A stretch of DNA of 63,681 nucleotides, filler included, from Candidatus Woesearchaeota archaeon (lineage in GTDB: Archaea; Nanobdellota; Nanobdellia; Woesearchaeales; CAZJJJ01), in NCBI GenBank assembly GCA_046538795.1. It is 6 parts of 6 records of this genome, joined end to end, with 100 filler letters (N's around TTAATTAATTAA, not from the genome) between each part and the next. Parts side by side here need not be neighbours in the genome. Positions count along the whole stretch, not along the records: positions 35,806 to 42,878 come from JBKHIF010000069.1; positions 42,979 to 49,957 come from JBKHIF010000070.1; 4 more parts are not named here. One strand, written 5' to 3'. Below are positions 37,451 through 46,040 of this stretch, one piece after another (position 1 is the stretch's first letter; the number at the start of each line of letters is the position of its first letter). Made by a program: the position numbers and the translations under genes. The notes beneath the pieces are model-generated. The model ran no database searches, was not told where the DNA came from, and saw only the letters and a program-made list of their open reading frames with translations.

Positions 37451-38341
37451 TTATCTGCTGCTCATCTTCTGAAAAGCAAGAAGATCTTCTGTCGTAAGTT
37501 TTTTTCCCTGCTCAATCTTTTCCTGTACAGACATCTGCTTTTCCTGGATCAAATCCTTTTCTTTTTTCTTTTTTTCTTTTGTGTACTCGACATTATTCTT
37601 GTCAAGCTCTTTATTGATCTGAGCAAGATTGGTAAGCTCTTCTTTAAGCTTTTTATTAAGTTCAGAAAATTCTTCTTTTTTTGCAAAGAACTCTTTATAG
37701 GCTTCTTCCTCTTTTTTCTTGAGTTCATCAACCTTATTTGAGAATTCTATCATCTCTTCATGTTTTTTCTGGCTCTCTTTTGCCTTTTTCTGAAGAGTAT
37801 CGTGTATTTCATCAGCCTCTTTTTTCAGGCCATCGATTTCTTTAGATAATGATTTGATCTTATCATTAAGATCTCCTACTGAAGACGAAGAACCCAAGTC
37901 TTTTTTCAGAGTTTTGATTCTTTTCATGATCTTTTGTTCTTCCTGAAAATTCAATACTTCTGTTTCAACTTTAGTTTCAAGGCCTTCAAGCTCTTTTTTC
38001 AGCTGAGATGGATTCTTGGAAATCCCCATTGCAGAAAGCGAGTCCTGTCTTTTTTTCTGAAGTTCTTTGATTTCTGCGATCTTTTTGTTTATTTTCTGAT
38101 TGAGTTCAGTCCTTTTTTTCTTGGAATCCCTTACTGTCTGAGTTAGCTCGTCTCTGAGTTCCCTGTATTTCTTTATATTTGCGATAAGTGAAACTATCTC
38201 TTTTGAAAACTCATCTTTCAAAGAAAAAAGCTTTTCCTTTTCAGTATTGGTCTTATCAAGCTCTCCTTTCAATTCAGAGATCCTTGACCTGCAGGAATTT
38301 AACTTTCCCAATAATTCTTTTTTTTCTTCAGCTGATAACAT
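37451..38341 (-). CDS. Archaeal long coiled-coil protein (COG1340-like)
   Basis: Continuous heptad pattern; C-terminal GKKLTTEDLLAFQ. Confidence 0.8.
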   Translation of the reverse strand: MLSAEEKKELLGKLNSCRSRISELKGELDKTNTEKEKLFSLKDEFSKEIVSLIANIKKYRELRDELTQTVRDSKKKRTELNQKINKKIAEIKELQKKRQDSLSAMGISKNPSQLKKELEGLETKVETEVLNFQEEQKIMKRIKTLKKDLGSSSSVGDLNDKIKSLSKEIDGLKKEADEIHDTLQKKAKESQKKHEEMIEFSNKVDELKKKEEEAYKEFFAKKEEFSELNKKLKEELTNLAQINKELDKNNVEYTKEKKKKEKDLIQEKQMSVQEKIEQGKKLTTEDLLAFQKMSSR

Positions 38342-38445
38342 TTTTTATCTTTGTTGCTCGTCTTAGTTCAATCAAATAAATTTTATTGCTAAATAAAAAT
38401 AAAACATTTTTTAGGCCATATATACTTATAAAACAAAATTGATAT

Positions 38446-38480
38446 CATGCATGAATCTGTCTTTAAACAGATTCAGCATG
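38446..38480. terminator. Stem-loop downstream of rpl12
   Basis: CATGC-A-TGAATCTGT / ACAGATTCA-GCATG inverted repeat. Confidence 0.45.
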
Positions 38481-38513
38481 TTGAATAAGTATAAAAAAAT
38501 TGCTTATAAGTCT

Positions 38514-38828
38514 TTAGCCGAATAGTGCGCCAAGTCCTGCAGCTGCTTCTTCTTCTTTAGCTTCTTCCTTCTTCTCTTCTTTTTTCTCTTCAGCTTTTTC
38601 TGCTGGAGCTTCGGAAGGAGCTGCGCCTGCTGCTGGAGCTGCTGCGACTGCTACTGAAGCGTTCTTGATAGCTTCTTCAATATCCACACCTTCGAGTGCA
38701 GCTACTAAAGCTTTCACTTTTGCGCTATCTACTTCAATGCCTGCAGCTTCAAGGACCTTTTTGACATTATCTTCTGTAACATCCTTACCTGCCTTGTGAA
38801 GCAACATTGCTGCGTATACGTATTCCAT
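38514..38828 (-). CDS. rpl12: 50S ribosomal stalk protein P1/L12
   Basis: [18 protein letters not shown]. Confidence 0.96.
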   Translation of the reverse strand: MEYVYAAMLLHKAGKDVTEDNVKKVLEAAGIEVDSAKVKALVAALEGVDIEEAIKNASVAVAAAPAAGAAPSEAPAEKAEEKKEEKKEEAKEEEAAAGLGALFG

Positions 38829-38863
38829 TTTAATACCTCCTAATAAATATTATACCTGTTTTT

Positions 38864-39715
38864 TTATTGTCCTGCCAACGCATTTAATGCAGAAGCCTGA
38901 ACCTCTGCTTTTGCGAGTATGTCTGATATTATGTCTTTTGCAGGGAATGTTGTTTCAATAGCAACTCCCCTTGACTCTGTTGCTGCTTTTGTTATTAGAG
39001 GGACAACAGTCTCCTTGCACAAATAACCAATTTCTGTTGCAAGAGCAAATGCGTCTCCTGCCATCGTTCTTATATTTGCAAGATATTCTTCTGGTTCTAT
39101 TGCAAGTATGTCTCTAGTAAGTATCTCTCCGTCTTCATAAGCTGCAACAAGATCAAGACCTATTTCCATAGGGTTGATTCCAAGCCTTGTTAGTATGCTT
39201 GCTATGTTTTCTTTGATCTCTTCGCCTTCTTTCACAACAAGAGAATCTTCTTTTACAACAACTTTACCGCCTTCAATACCTGCTTTAATTCCGCACTGTC
39301 CTAGTTCTGATATGATAGGACCTGGTGCAAATGAAGTAGGTCCTGCAGGAACAACAATATCTTTTGGTGCTATCTGTCCTGCTTTTGCAGGTGCAGGAGA
39401 TTTGTTTTTCTGCAGTGTCTGGTAAAGACTGAAAGGATTTTCGTTTGAGAAAAGCAAAGCAGGCATGCCTTTTAGGTATTCCTTGAGCTTTCCTATGTCT
39501 TGCTTTTCTTTTTCGAGATCATCGATTGCAATCTTGATAAGTCTTCTTTTTGCCATGTATATGGTGACATCCTTTTCCCTTAGCTGAGCTCTCATATTCT
39601 GAAGCTGAGGGGTAGGAAGTGATTCCATGTTGACTGAAGCGATTATCTGATGCTTTTTTATCAGTTCTTTTAATTTTCCTACAATTTCTTTTTTGTACTG
39701 AGCAACGTGAGCCAT
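38864..39715 (-). CDS. rpl10: 50S ribosomal protein L10 (uL10/P0)
   Basis: APAKAGQIAPKDI.VPAGPT.F.PGP. Confidence 0.95.
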   Translation of the reverse strand: MAHVAQYKKEIVGKLKELIKKHQIIASVNMESLPTPQLQNMRAQLREKDVTIYMAKRRLIKIAIDDLEKEKQDIGKLKEYLKGMPALLFSNENPFSLYQTLQKNKSPAPAKAGQIAPKDIVVPAGPTSFAPGPIISELGQCGIKAGIEGGKVVVKEDSLVVKEGEEIKENIASILTRLGINPMEIGLDLVAAYEDGEILTRDILAIEPEEYLANIRTMAGDAFALATEIGYLCKETVVPLITKAATESRGVAIETTFPAKDIISDILAKAEVQASALNALAGQ

Positions 39716-39716
39716 T

Positions 39717-40370
39717 TTATGCCACCTTCACTGGTTTTCCCATAGTTAGTTTTACTATGACTGATTTAACATTGTTTTCTTCATTTGGAAGACTGTGTAT
39801 CAATTGATTATATAGTGAAGCGATGTTTTCTACAATTTCATTTTCATCCATCTTTTCATTGCCAACAGCAGTATGTACTATAGGTGTTTTTTTTGCAATT
39901 ACTCTTTCTGTCTGCTGAAGTCTCTCATAAAGAGGCTTAAGGTTTGTTTTTGGAGGAACCACACATCCGGCTTTTGGATTTGGCATCTTGTTCTGAGGTC
40001 CAAGAGTTCTACCAAAAACCATAGCAACCTGCGGCATGATATTTGCCTGTGCTATGAAAAAGTTGAATTCGTCAGCTAATTTTTTGAGTTCCTTCTTATT
40101 ATCTTTATAATGTGAAAAATCATCTGCTGTTATTGTCTTGTCACACACTTTTTCTGCTTCATCTTTTAGTTCAGGTCCGACAAGAGCGCAGATCTTGTTT
40201 TTCTTTCCAAGCGAGTGAGGAAAATGCACAAATACATCTATCTGATGCTCTGGTTTCTTGAAATCCAGACTTTGTAGATTGACAACAAGATCAAATCTCT
40301 GTGTGAATTTCCTTTCTTTAGACTCAGACTTGGCCTTTTTAATAGCGTCTAATATGACTTTTTGATCCAT
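39717..40370 (-). CDS. rpl1: 50S ribosomal protein L1 (uL1)
   Basis: RKFTQRFDL, LGPQNKMP, KLTMGKP; start at ATG 40370 after GGAGG SD. Confidence 0.95.
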   Translation of the reverse strand: MDQKVILDAIKKAKSESKERKFTQRFDLVVNLQSLDFKKPEHQIDVFVHFPHSLGKKNKICALVGPELKDEAEKVCDKTITADDFSHYKDNKKELKKLADEFNFFIAQANIMPQVAMVFGRTLGPQNKMPNPKAGCVVPPKTNLKPLYERLQQTERVIAKKTPIVHTAVGNEKMDENEIVENIASLYNQLIHSLPNEENNVKSVIVKLTMGKPVKVA

Positions 40371-40430
40371 TTTTTCCTCCACCCTCCTAATCTTGTAAGG
40401 CAACAAGGTAGTTAACGGGATTTTTAGGAA
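40371..40430 (-). promoter_or_regulatory. Putative L1-binding autoregulatory mRNA leader
   Basis: CCC-GTTAA-CTA...TAG-GA-GGG asymmetric internal loop next to the SD. Confidence 0.5.
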
Positions 40431-40505
40431 TATTTCCTGTTTTAAGGCGATAAATTAGAGGTTCTTTTTAAATGTTTCTATCTGAAATATTTATTTGGAC
40501 TTTCA

Positions 40506-42878
40506 TTAAAGATTCTGGAGCCATAGTTTGATTACTAAAATAAGGTCGGCAAGTGTTATGTTGTTATTTGTTTTCCAGTTATATATGTGTGTGTTCATCT
40601 CTATTGTTGAGATCTGTCCATCAGAATCAGAATCTGCATAATGACAGGCATCTTCACCAGATTCAATCCATGTTATATTGATATCATCGAAATACAGTGT
40701 ATTTTCCGGGGAATTAAATGATACTCGGTAAACAAGCTCTCTGCCTTTTTCAAGCCCATTGAGAGATCCATGATTTTCTGCGATCATCCATGAGTTTCCT
40801 CCATCAACACTTATCTCTACTGTTATATTGTTGTTTTGATCAGTATTTTCTTCAGTCCATTCAATCAGTTCTATTTTGGTTATGTTATTTTCTGCAATTA
40901 TAATATTTGATGTAAATTGCCCTTGTGGATTTCCTGCTCCAAAATATGTGTTTAAGTATATTTCTTCAATTTCTGTTTCGTCAAGACTTCTGTTAAACCA
41001 CATGGGTTGATAGATATATCCGTTTAAGTAACCGCCGCAATTACCATCAGAAAAACAATAAGAACCAATGCACCATTCACCTGAAGTTCCGGGCATACCT
41101 GATACACTGCTTGAACCTGATGATGTTGAATTTATATATACTGTCTTAGAACCAGCATTTTTGTCATAAACATTGCATATATGAACCCATTTGTCTTGTG
41201 AAAATACATTTGAAATATCAAGACGATTCCATCCATCGAAATTTGTAGACCACCTATATACGTCAGGAGTATCGCCATCCCATGTATCATATCGGCTTGC
41301 ATGTGCGAAATTGTTTCCGCTGCTTGAACTTTGCGGATTAACCCACCAGCATAACGTATGTGATGATGATGCATCAAAACTGCTTGAGTGGGCAGCGCAG
41401 ATAGAATCATCACCATCAAGTCTTAAAGAATATCCTGAACATGAATTTGGAACAACCAAGCTTTGTTCAGGATTTCCATTTGTAAATCCCCCATTTTCTA
41501 TTCCCATATCATTATTTTCTTTAGTATCTACTCCAAGATTTGATGGATCTTCAAAAAGATATATAGATACAAGATCTGGATCAGAATCTATGTCTGTCCC
41601 GCTTCTGAAACTGATCCTTGATGAATGAAGTTCTATCCCTTCAGAGCTTGATGCAATACCTGTTGTATCTGAAAATTTATCCTGGTAATATGAATATGAA
41701 CAGTTTATTGGTTGGTAATTTCCACTGCAACAATATCCTGACCCAGGGTTATAAGAAAATCCGCCGCAGTCACATTCTGAATTTATTTCTCCTTCATTGC
41801 ATGAATTAGCGCATTCTGAAGAACTATAAACTCCTTCGCAACAATATCCTGAATCATAAGAAGATCCTCCACAATCACATCTTGAGGTTATTTCTTCATC
41901 AGTACATGATGGGCACGCTTCTTCATCAATTTCCCCATTACAGTTATTGTCTGTGCCATCGCAGATTTCAGGAGCACCTGTGTATCTGTTTTCATCAAGA
42001 GGTGCACAGTCAGTTGTGTCGGGATCGCCGTCATCGTCATCATCAGGATCGCAGACATCACCCATACCATCTGAATCATGATCTGCCTGGTCTGAATTAT
42101 GGTAAGAAGGACAATTGTCGTTGCAGTCCGGATAACCATCACCATCTGAATCAATATCAGAGACTCCGCAGCCGCATATTCCAGGAGATGTCTTTTCAGG
42201 ATCATTTGGACATGAGTCACATGCATCTCCCCTGCCATCACCATCTGAATCTGCTTGATCGGGATTAGCTGTGTTCATGCAATTATCATCACAGTTTTCT
42301 GTTTCTCCGCCTGTGCAATAATTATCTGATGAGGATCCACTTTCATCTCCATCGTTTAGTATGCCGTCACCATCATTGTCAGGCGTTATACTTCCATCCC
42401 AGCCAGCCATTCTTGCCAAAATCCACCACATGGCTTTTGCAATCCTTACAGCTCCTGCTTCTCCTATGTGATCTCCATCTTCTGTATGTGAGATGAGATT
42501 CCAGCTTTCATCAAAATCCATCATGTTGTCTGGATGTATTCTTGGAAAATCATGTCCGTCCCAGGAAATAATATTTTCTTCTCCTGCATCATTGTGATTC
42601 AGGATATCTGCATAATCAAAAAGATAACGATTATTGTTGCTTACCCAGTTCCTGATATGTTCGTGTTTTAGATAACGCTGATAACCTCTTTCTCCAGAGT
42701 TTCCTCCGCCGTCCACAGGACCTGTCGTGAAAAAAACTTTTGTGTCATAATCATTATCAGCTACATGTTGTATATATTGTTCTGTTGCCTGGATGTATGT
42801 ATCCATGCTTACAGTGTTTCCTGTAAGGCTTGAATCTTCACTGTTAAGCCCCCATCTCATGTCGCCATCAGGACCTCC
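40506..42878 (-). CDS. Large surface/secreted multidomain protein, 5'-truncated by contig end
   Basis: Thrombospondin type-3 DxDxDG repeats, MopE-like EICDGTDNNCNG, Cys-rich repeats, LamG-like domain (WVHICNVYD), C-terminal dockerin/EF-hand-like ADSDSDGQIS. Confidence 0.8.
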   Translation of the reverse strand, partial: GGPDGDMRWGLNSEDSSLTGNTVSMDTYIQATEQYIQHVADNDYDTKVFFTTGPVDGGGNSGERGYQRYLKHEHIRNWVSNNNRYLFDYADILNHNDAGEENIISWDGHDFPRIHPDNMMDFDESWNLISHTEDGDHIGEAGAVRIAKAMWWILARMAGWDGSITPDNDGDGILNDGDESGSSSDNYCTGGETENCDDNCMNTANPDQADSDGDGRGDACDSCPNDPEKTSPGICGCGVSDIDSDGDGYPDCNDNCPSYHNSDQADHDSDGMGDVCDPDDDDDGDPDTTDCAPLDENRYTGAPEICDGTDNNCNGEIDEEACPSCTDEEITSRCDCGGSSYDSGYCCEGVYSSSECANSCNEGEINSECDCGGFSYNPGSGYCCSGNYQPINCSYSYYQDKFSDTTGIASSSEGIELHSSRISFRSGTDIDSDPDLVSIYLFEDPSNLGVDTKENNDMGIENGGFTNGNPEQSLVVPNSCSGYSLRLDGDDSICAAHSSSFDASSSHTLCWWVNPQSSSSGNNFAHASRYDTWDGDTPDVYRWSTNFDGWNRLDISNVFSQDKWVHICNVYDKNAGSKTVYINSTSSGSSSVSGMPGTSGEWCIGSYCFSDGNCGGYLNGYIYQPMWFNRSLDETEIEEIYLNTYFGAGNPQGQFTSNIIIAENNITKIELIEWTEENTDQNNNITVEISVDGGNSWMIAENHGSLNGLEKGRELVYRVSFNSPENTLYFDDINITWIESGEDACHYADSDSDGQISTIEMNTHIYNWKTNNNITLADLILVIKLWLQNL

Positions 42879-42978
42879 NNNNNNNNNNNNNNNNNNNNNN
42901 NNNNNNNNNNNNNNNNNNNNNNTTAATTAATTAANNNNNNNNNNNNNNNNNNNNNNNNNNNNNNNNNNNNNNNNNNNN
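42879..42978. other. Artificial contig-joining spacer
   Basis: N44-TTAATTAATTAA-N44. Confidence 0.97.
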
Positions 42979-43002
42979 ATCACGTCAGCTGCGAAAGCCT
43001 TA

Positions 43003-43030
43003 ATACTCCACACTTCAGTGTGGGGATATC
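43003..43030. mobile_element. Possible IS200/IS605-type terminal hairpin at a contig edge
   Basis: CTCCACAC-TTCA-GTGTGGGG GC-rich imperfect palindrome; no transposase visible. Confidence 0.4.
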
Positions 43031-43124
43031 TAAAACAATCAGTTTTAGGGATTAGAAATTTTTTAAATTTCCAATAGGCTTGAGCAGTGATTTTTTTATT
43101 TTAAACAACTATTGTACTTTATCG

Positions 43125-43442
43125 TCAATAACCCTTAACTCGTGTGATATACAGATATTCTATTGTTCCAAGTATTGCTGCTAAAAACACAGATACAGAT
43201 ATTATTGAAAATATTTTTGTTCCTGTTGTAAGTTCAACGTCGATAGGAGTTCCGTCTACAACGACAGTCAATGGATTCTGGCTGTATACTATGAGCATAG
43301 TTACTATAGAACCAAAAAGGACCAATGCTACAGCAATAGATGTTCTTATGTGTTTTTTCTCTACTTTAGAAAGATGTTTTTTCACATGATGCCTTACTTT
43401 ATCTACATGCTTTTTCAGATGCTTGTCATATAACTTCTTCAT
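43125..43442 (-). CDS. Hypothetical two-TM protein
   Basis: His/Lys-rich N-terminus, two hydrophobic helices, GAGG SD. Confidence 0.65.
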   Translation of the reverse strand: MKKLYDKHLKKHVDKVRHHVKKHLSKVEKKHIRTSIAVALVLFGSIVTMLIVYSQNPLTVVVDGTPIDVELTTGTKIFSIISVSVFLAAILGTIEYLYITRVKGY

Positions 43443-43551
43443 TAGTCCTCAATTGTTTTTTAGAGAAAGAGCTTAATAAAACTTTCGATTTTTTAGAGTT
43501 ATTTTTCTTTGATTAATTTAAGAAAAATTTAAGAAGGAATCTTGATTAGTC

Positions 43552-44745
43552 ATGTCGATGAGCAGCAGATATTCTTTACTTGAGAGATCTGTAATGGATC
43601 TTAATTCTGAATATGGACTTTCATTAGACGATTTTTCATTCAGGATCAATGATTATCTTTTTGATGGAAGCTATGATCTTCCTTCAGGCCTAAGACGTTT
43701 TAGTCATGAAGGCTGTCTTTCTGATGTACTTAGAAACTGCATGATACTCGCAAAACCTCAGGTAGTTGAGCATAAAAAGAAATATTACCGGAGTAATTCT
43801 CCTATATATGTTGAATCAAAAAGCATTGAACATGCAAAAGATCTTGCAAAAATCGCTGCGGAAAATGGAGCTGAATGCATAGGAGTTCTTGCAGGAGATG
43901 GAATGTTCACTGAAATAATGAGTTCTGTATATAGTTCAGAAAATAATGCTTGCGCAGTAGCTCCCGGAAAGGGTAACTCAGGAAATGGGGCAAGAACTAC
44001 ATTCAATAAGAAATCTTCATATAAATCAGACCTTGAAGTCATATATTCAGCAGTACTTGATAAGCACGGCCTTTCTCCGACAGAAAAAAAAAGCTATGAT
44101 GGAAAGATAGTTGGTTCAAATCTTATGAAGATCGTATTTGACGATGATCCTGATGATTTTGTTTATTCACAGTTTTTTGGCATAGGGTTGACCGGCTCTG
44201 TAATACGCAATCGTGAAAATATCAATGAAGCAGTTGATGGTTCAAGATACATTGATAAGCAGATCAAAAAGATACTTAATATGCGGGGCTCTCAACTTAT
44301 TAAGTATGGTCTTGCAACATCACTTAGTGTCCTTGATTATGATTGCAGTTTTTCTGCTGAAATTGAATCTGGTGATAAAATAAATATACATAAATCAGTT
44401 ATTCCAAGATGTTCTGAAATAACAATAGGTGTGAGAGGGAGTCCTGGCTATGATATGACTTTGATCCCTGATGTATCTTTTTCAGGAGATTCATTCAAAG
44501 GGCTGCTTGCACAAATCCCGAGATATTTTGTGCCTCTTAAGATGCTTTCGATCCTTAAAGGCAAAGATAAAATAAAAGGCATAGAAAGATTTTCAGGAGA
44601 GCATTTAAAGATAATACTTCCTGAAAAAACCCTCCCAGCACATCATGATGGCGAGATTGTCGATTTGTCTGGGAAAAAATCTATTGATCTATATCTTATA
44701 AAAAATGCAGTTCCTGTTGCAGCGTCTTCTCTTAATGTATATTGA
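43552..44745 (+). CDS. Diacylglycerol/lipid kinase family protein
   Basis: VLAGDGMFTEI, GNSGN, FGIGL, HHDGE. Confidence 0.75.
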   Translation: MSMSSRYSLLERSVMDLNSEYGLSLDDFSFRINDYLFDGSYDLPSGLRRFSHEGCLSDVLRNCMILAKPQVVEHKKKYYRSNSPIYVESKSIEHAKDLAKIAAENGAECIGVLAGDGMFTEIMSSVYSSENNACAVAPGKGNSGNGARTTFNKKSSYKSDLEVIYSAVLDKHGLSPTEKKSYDGKIVGSNLMKIVFDDDPDDFVYSQFFGIGLTGSVIRNRENINEAVDGSRYIDKQIKKILNMRGSQLIKYGLATSLSVLDYDCSFSAEIESGDKINIHKSVIPRCSEITIGVRGSPGYDMTLIPDVSFSGDSFKGLLAQIPRYFVPLKMLSILKGKDKIKGIERFSGEHLKIILPEKTLPAHHDGEIVDLSGKKSIDLYLIKNAVPVAASSLNVY

Positions 44746-44837
44746 TGAAAATACTTTTGGCAGGTATTCTCTGAAAAACAAAAACACTTTTATATGAATT
44801 CTTTCGTAATCTATCCTGAAATAAAAGAGGTAGATGA

Positions 44838-46037
44838 ATGGATCAGATGACAACGTTTGCGATTTGCTTAATATTAGCTCTCATACTCTCTGAATTATGC
44901 AGAAAATTTAATCTTCCTGATGTTGTAGGACAGATAACTGCAGGCGTAATCCTGGGACTTCCTGCTCTTGCCGGTTTATGGTCTAAAACTGTCCTTATTG
45001 AGCATATCGAAGTTCTTGCTGACTTAGGTATAGTGTTTCTTCTTCTTCTTGCAGGTCTTGAAATAAACATAAAACGCCTGGAAAAACTTTCAAGAATAGA
45101 GCTTCTCGTAGCTTTTTTTTCAGCTGCAATACCTTTTATAATCGGTTTTTGGGTTATGACAGCTCTTGGATATGATCTTTTTGTGGCAATAGTTGTAGGA
45201 TCATGTCTTTCAATAACAGCTGAAGGGACAACTCTTAAGGTGCTCATGGATATGGGGCAGCTTAATACTAAACTTGGAACCATAATACTTGGTGCAGGTA
45301 TAATAGATGATGTTATTGAAGTAGTTCTTCTTGCTCTTGTGCTGGTATTTGCACAAAATCCTGCGGCAGGCATTAGCGGATCAGGCGGCGATGTTTTGTT
45401 TTTTCCTTTGATGGTTCTTGCTTTTATGGCGATTTGTATTATACTTTTTAAGATAACTCCTAAATTCATGCATAAGGTCCAAAGCCATCATTCGCGCATA
45501 AATAATTTTTCCATGGTCATGGTGCTTGGAATAGGCATCGCTGCAATTTCACAGATATTTGGGCTGGGTCCAATAATTGGTGCTTTTTTTGCAGGAGTAC
45601 TAATACACTGGGTAAATCAGGACAAGAAGGAAGAAGTGGATATCGTAGAAGAGCTCAAGGTTATGACTTTTTCATTTATCATCCCTTTCTTTTTCATCTA
45701 TATAGGACTTCATTTTGATTTCAAAAACCTTTTTGATCATACAGGCATGGTGATACTTATAGTCTTGATAGCTATTATTGGAAAACTACTTGGTTCTTTT
45801 ATAGTAAGATATTTTACAAAGAAGGATATTTCTATAAAGCAGTCTTTTATTATAGGCTGGGGAATGAATTCAAGAGGGGCTATAGAACTTGTCATCGCAG
45901 AAATAGCACGTGCCAACCATCTTATACCTAATTTTATTTATTCTGCAATCGTTATAATGGCTGTAGTAACCACTCTTATATTTCCACTTGTTCTCAAGCA
46001 TTATCTGAAAGTTGATCCTCATATAATGAACGAATAG
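44838..46037 (+). CDS. Cation:proton antiporter (CPA2)
   Basis: LLAGLE, GAGIIDD, IGAFFAG, MNSRG; about 12 TM helices. Confidence 0.92.
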   Translation: MDQMTTFAICLILALILSELCRKFNLPDVVGQITAGVILGLPALAGLWSKTVLIEHIEVLADLGIVFLLLLAGLEINIKRLEKLSRIELLVAFFSAAIPFIIGFWVMTALGYDLFVAIVVGSCLSITAEGTTLKVLMDMGQLNTKLGTIILGAGIIDDVIEVVLLALVLVFAQNPAAGISGSGGDVLFFPLMVLAFMAICIILFKITPKFMHKVQSHHSRINNFSMVMVLGIGIAAISQIFGLGPIIGAFFAGVLIHWVNQDKKEEVDIVEELKVMTFSFIIPFFFIYIGLHFDFKNLFDHTGMVILIVLIAIIGKLLGSFIVRYFTKKDISIKQSFIIGWGMNSRGAIELVIAEIARANHLIPNFIYSAIVIMAVVTTLIFPLVLKHYLKVDPHIMNE

Positions 46038-46040
46038 ATT

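Noticed and set aside
44843..45469. Long antisense ORF (208 aa) and other antisense ORFs in the track
   Set aside because: They are shadows of well-supported genes on the opposite strand and have no recognisable motifs.
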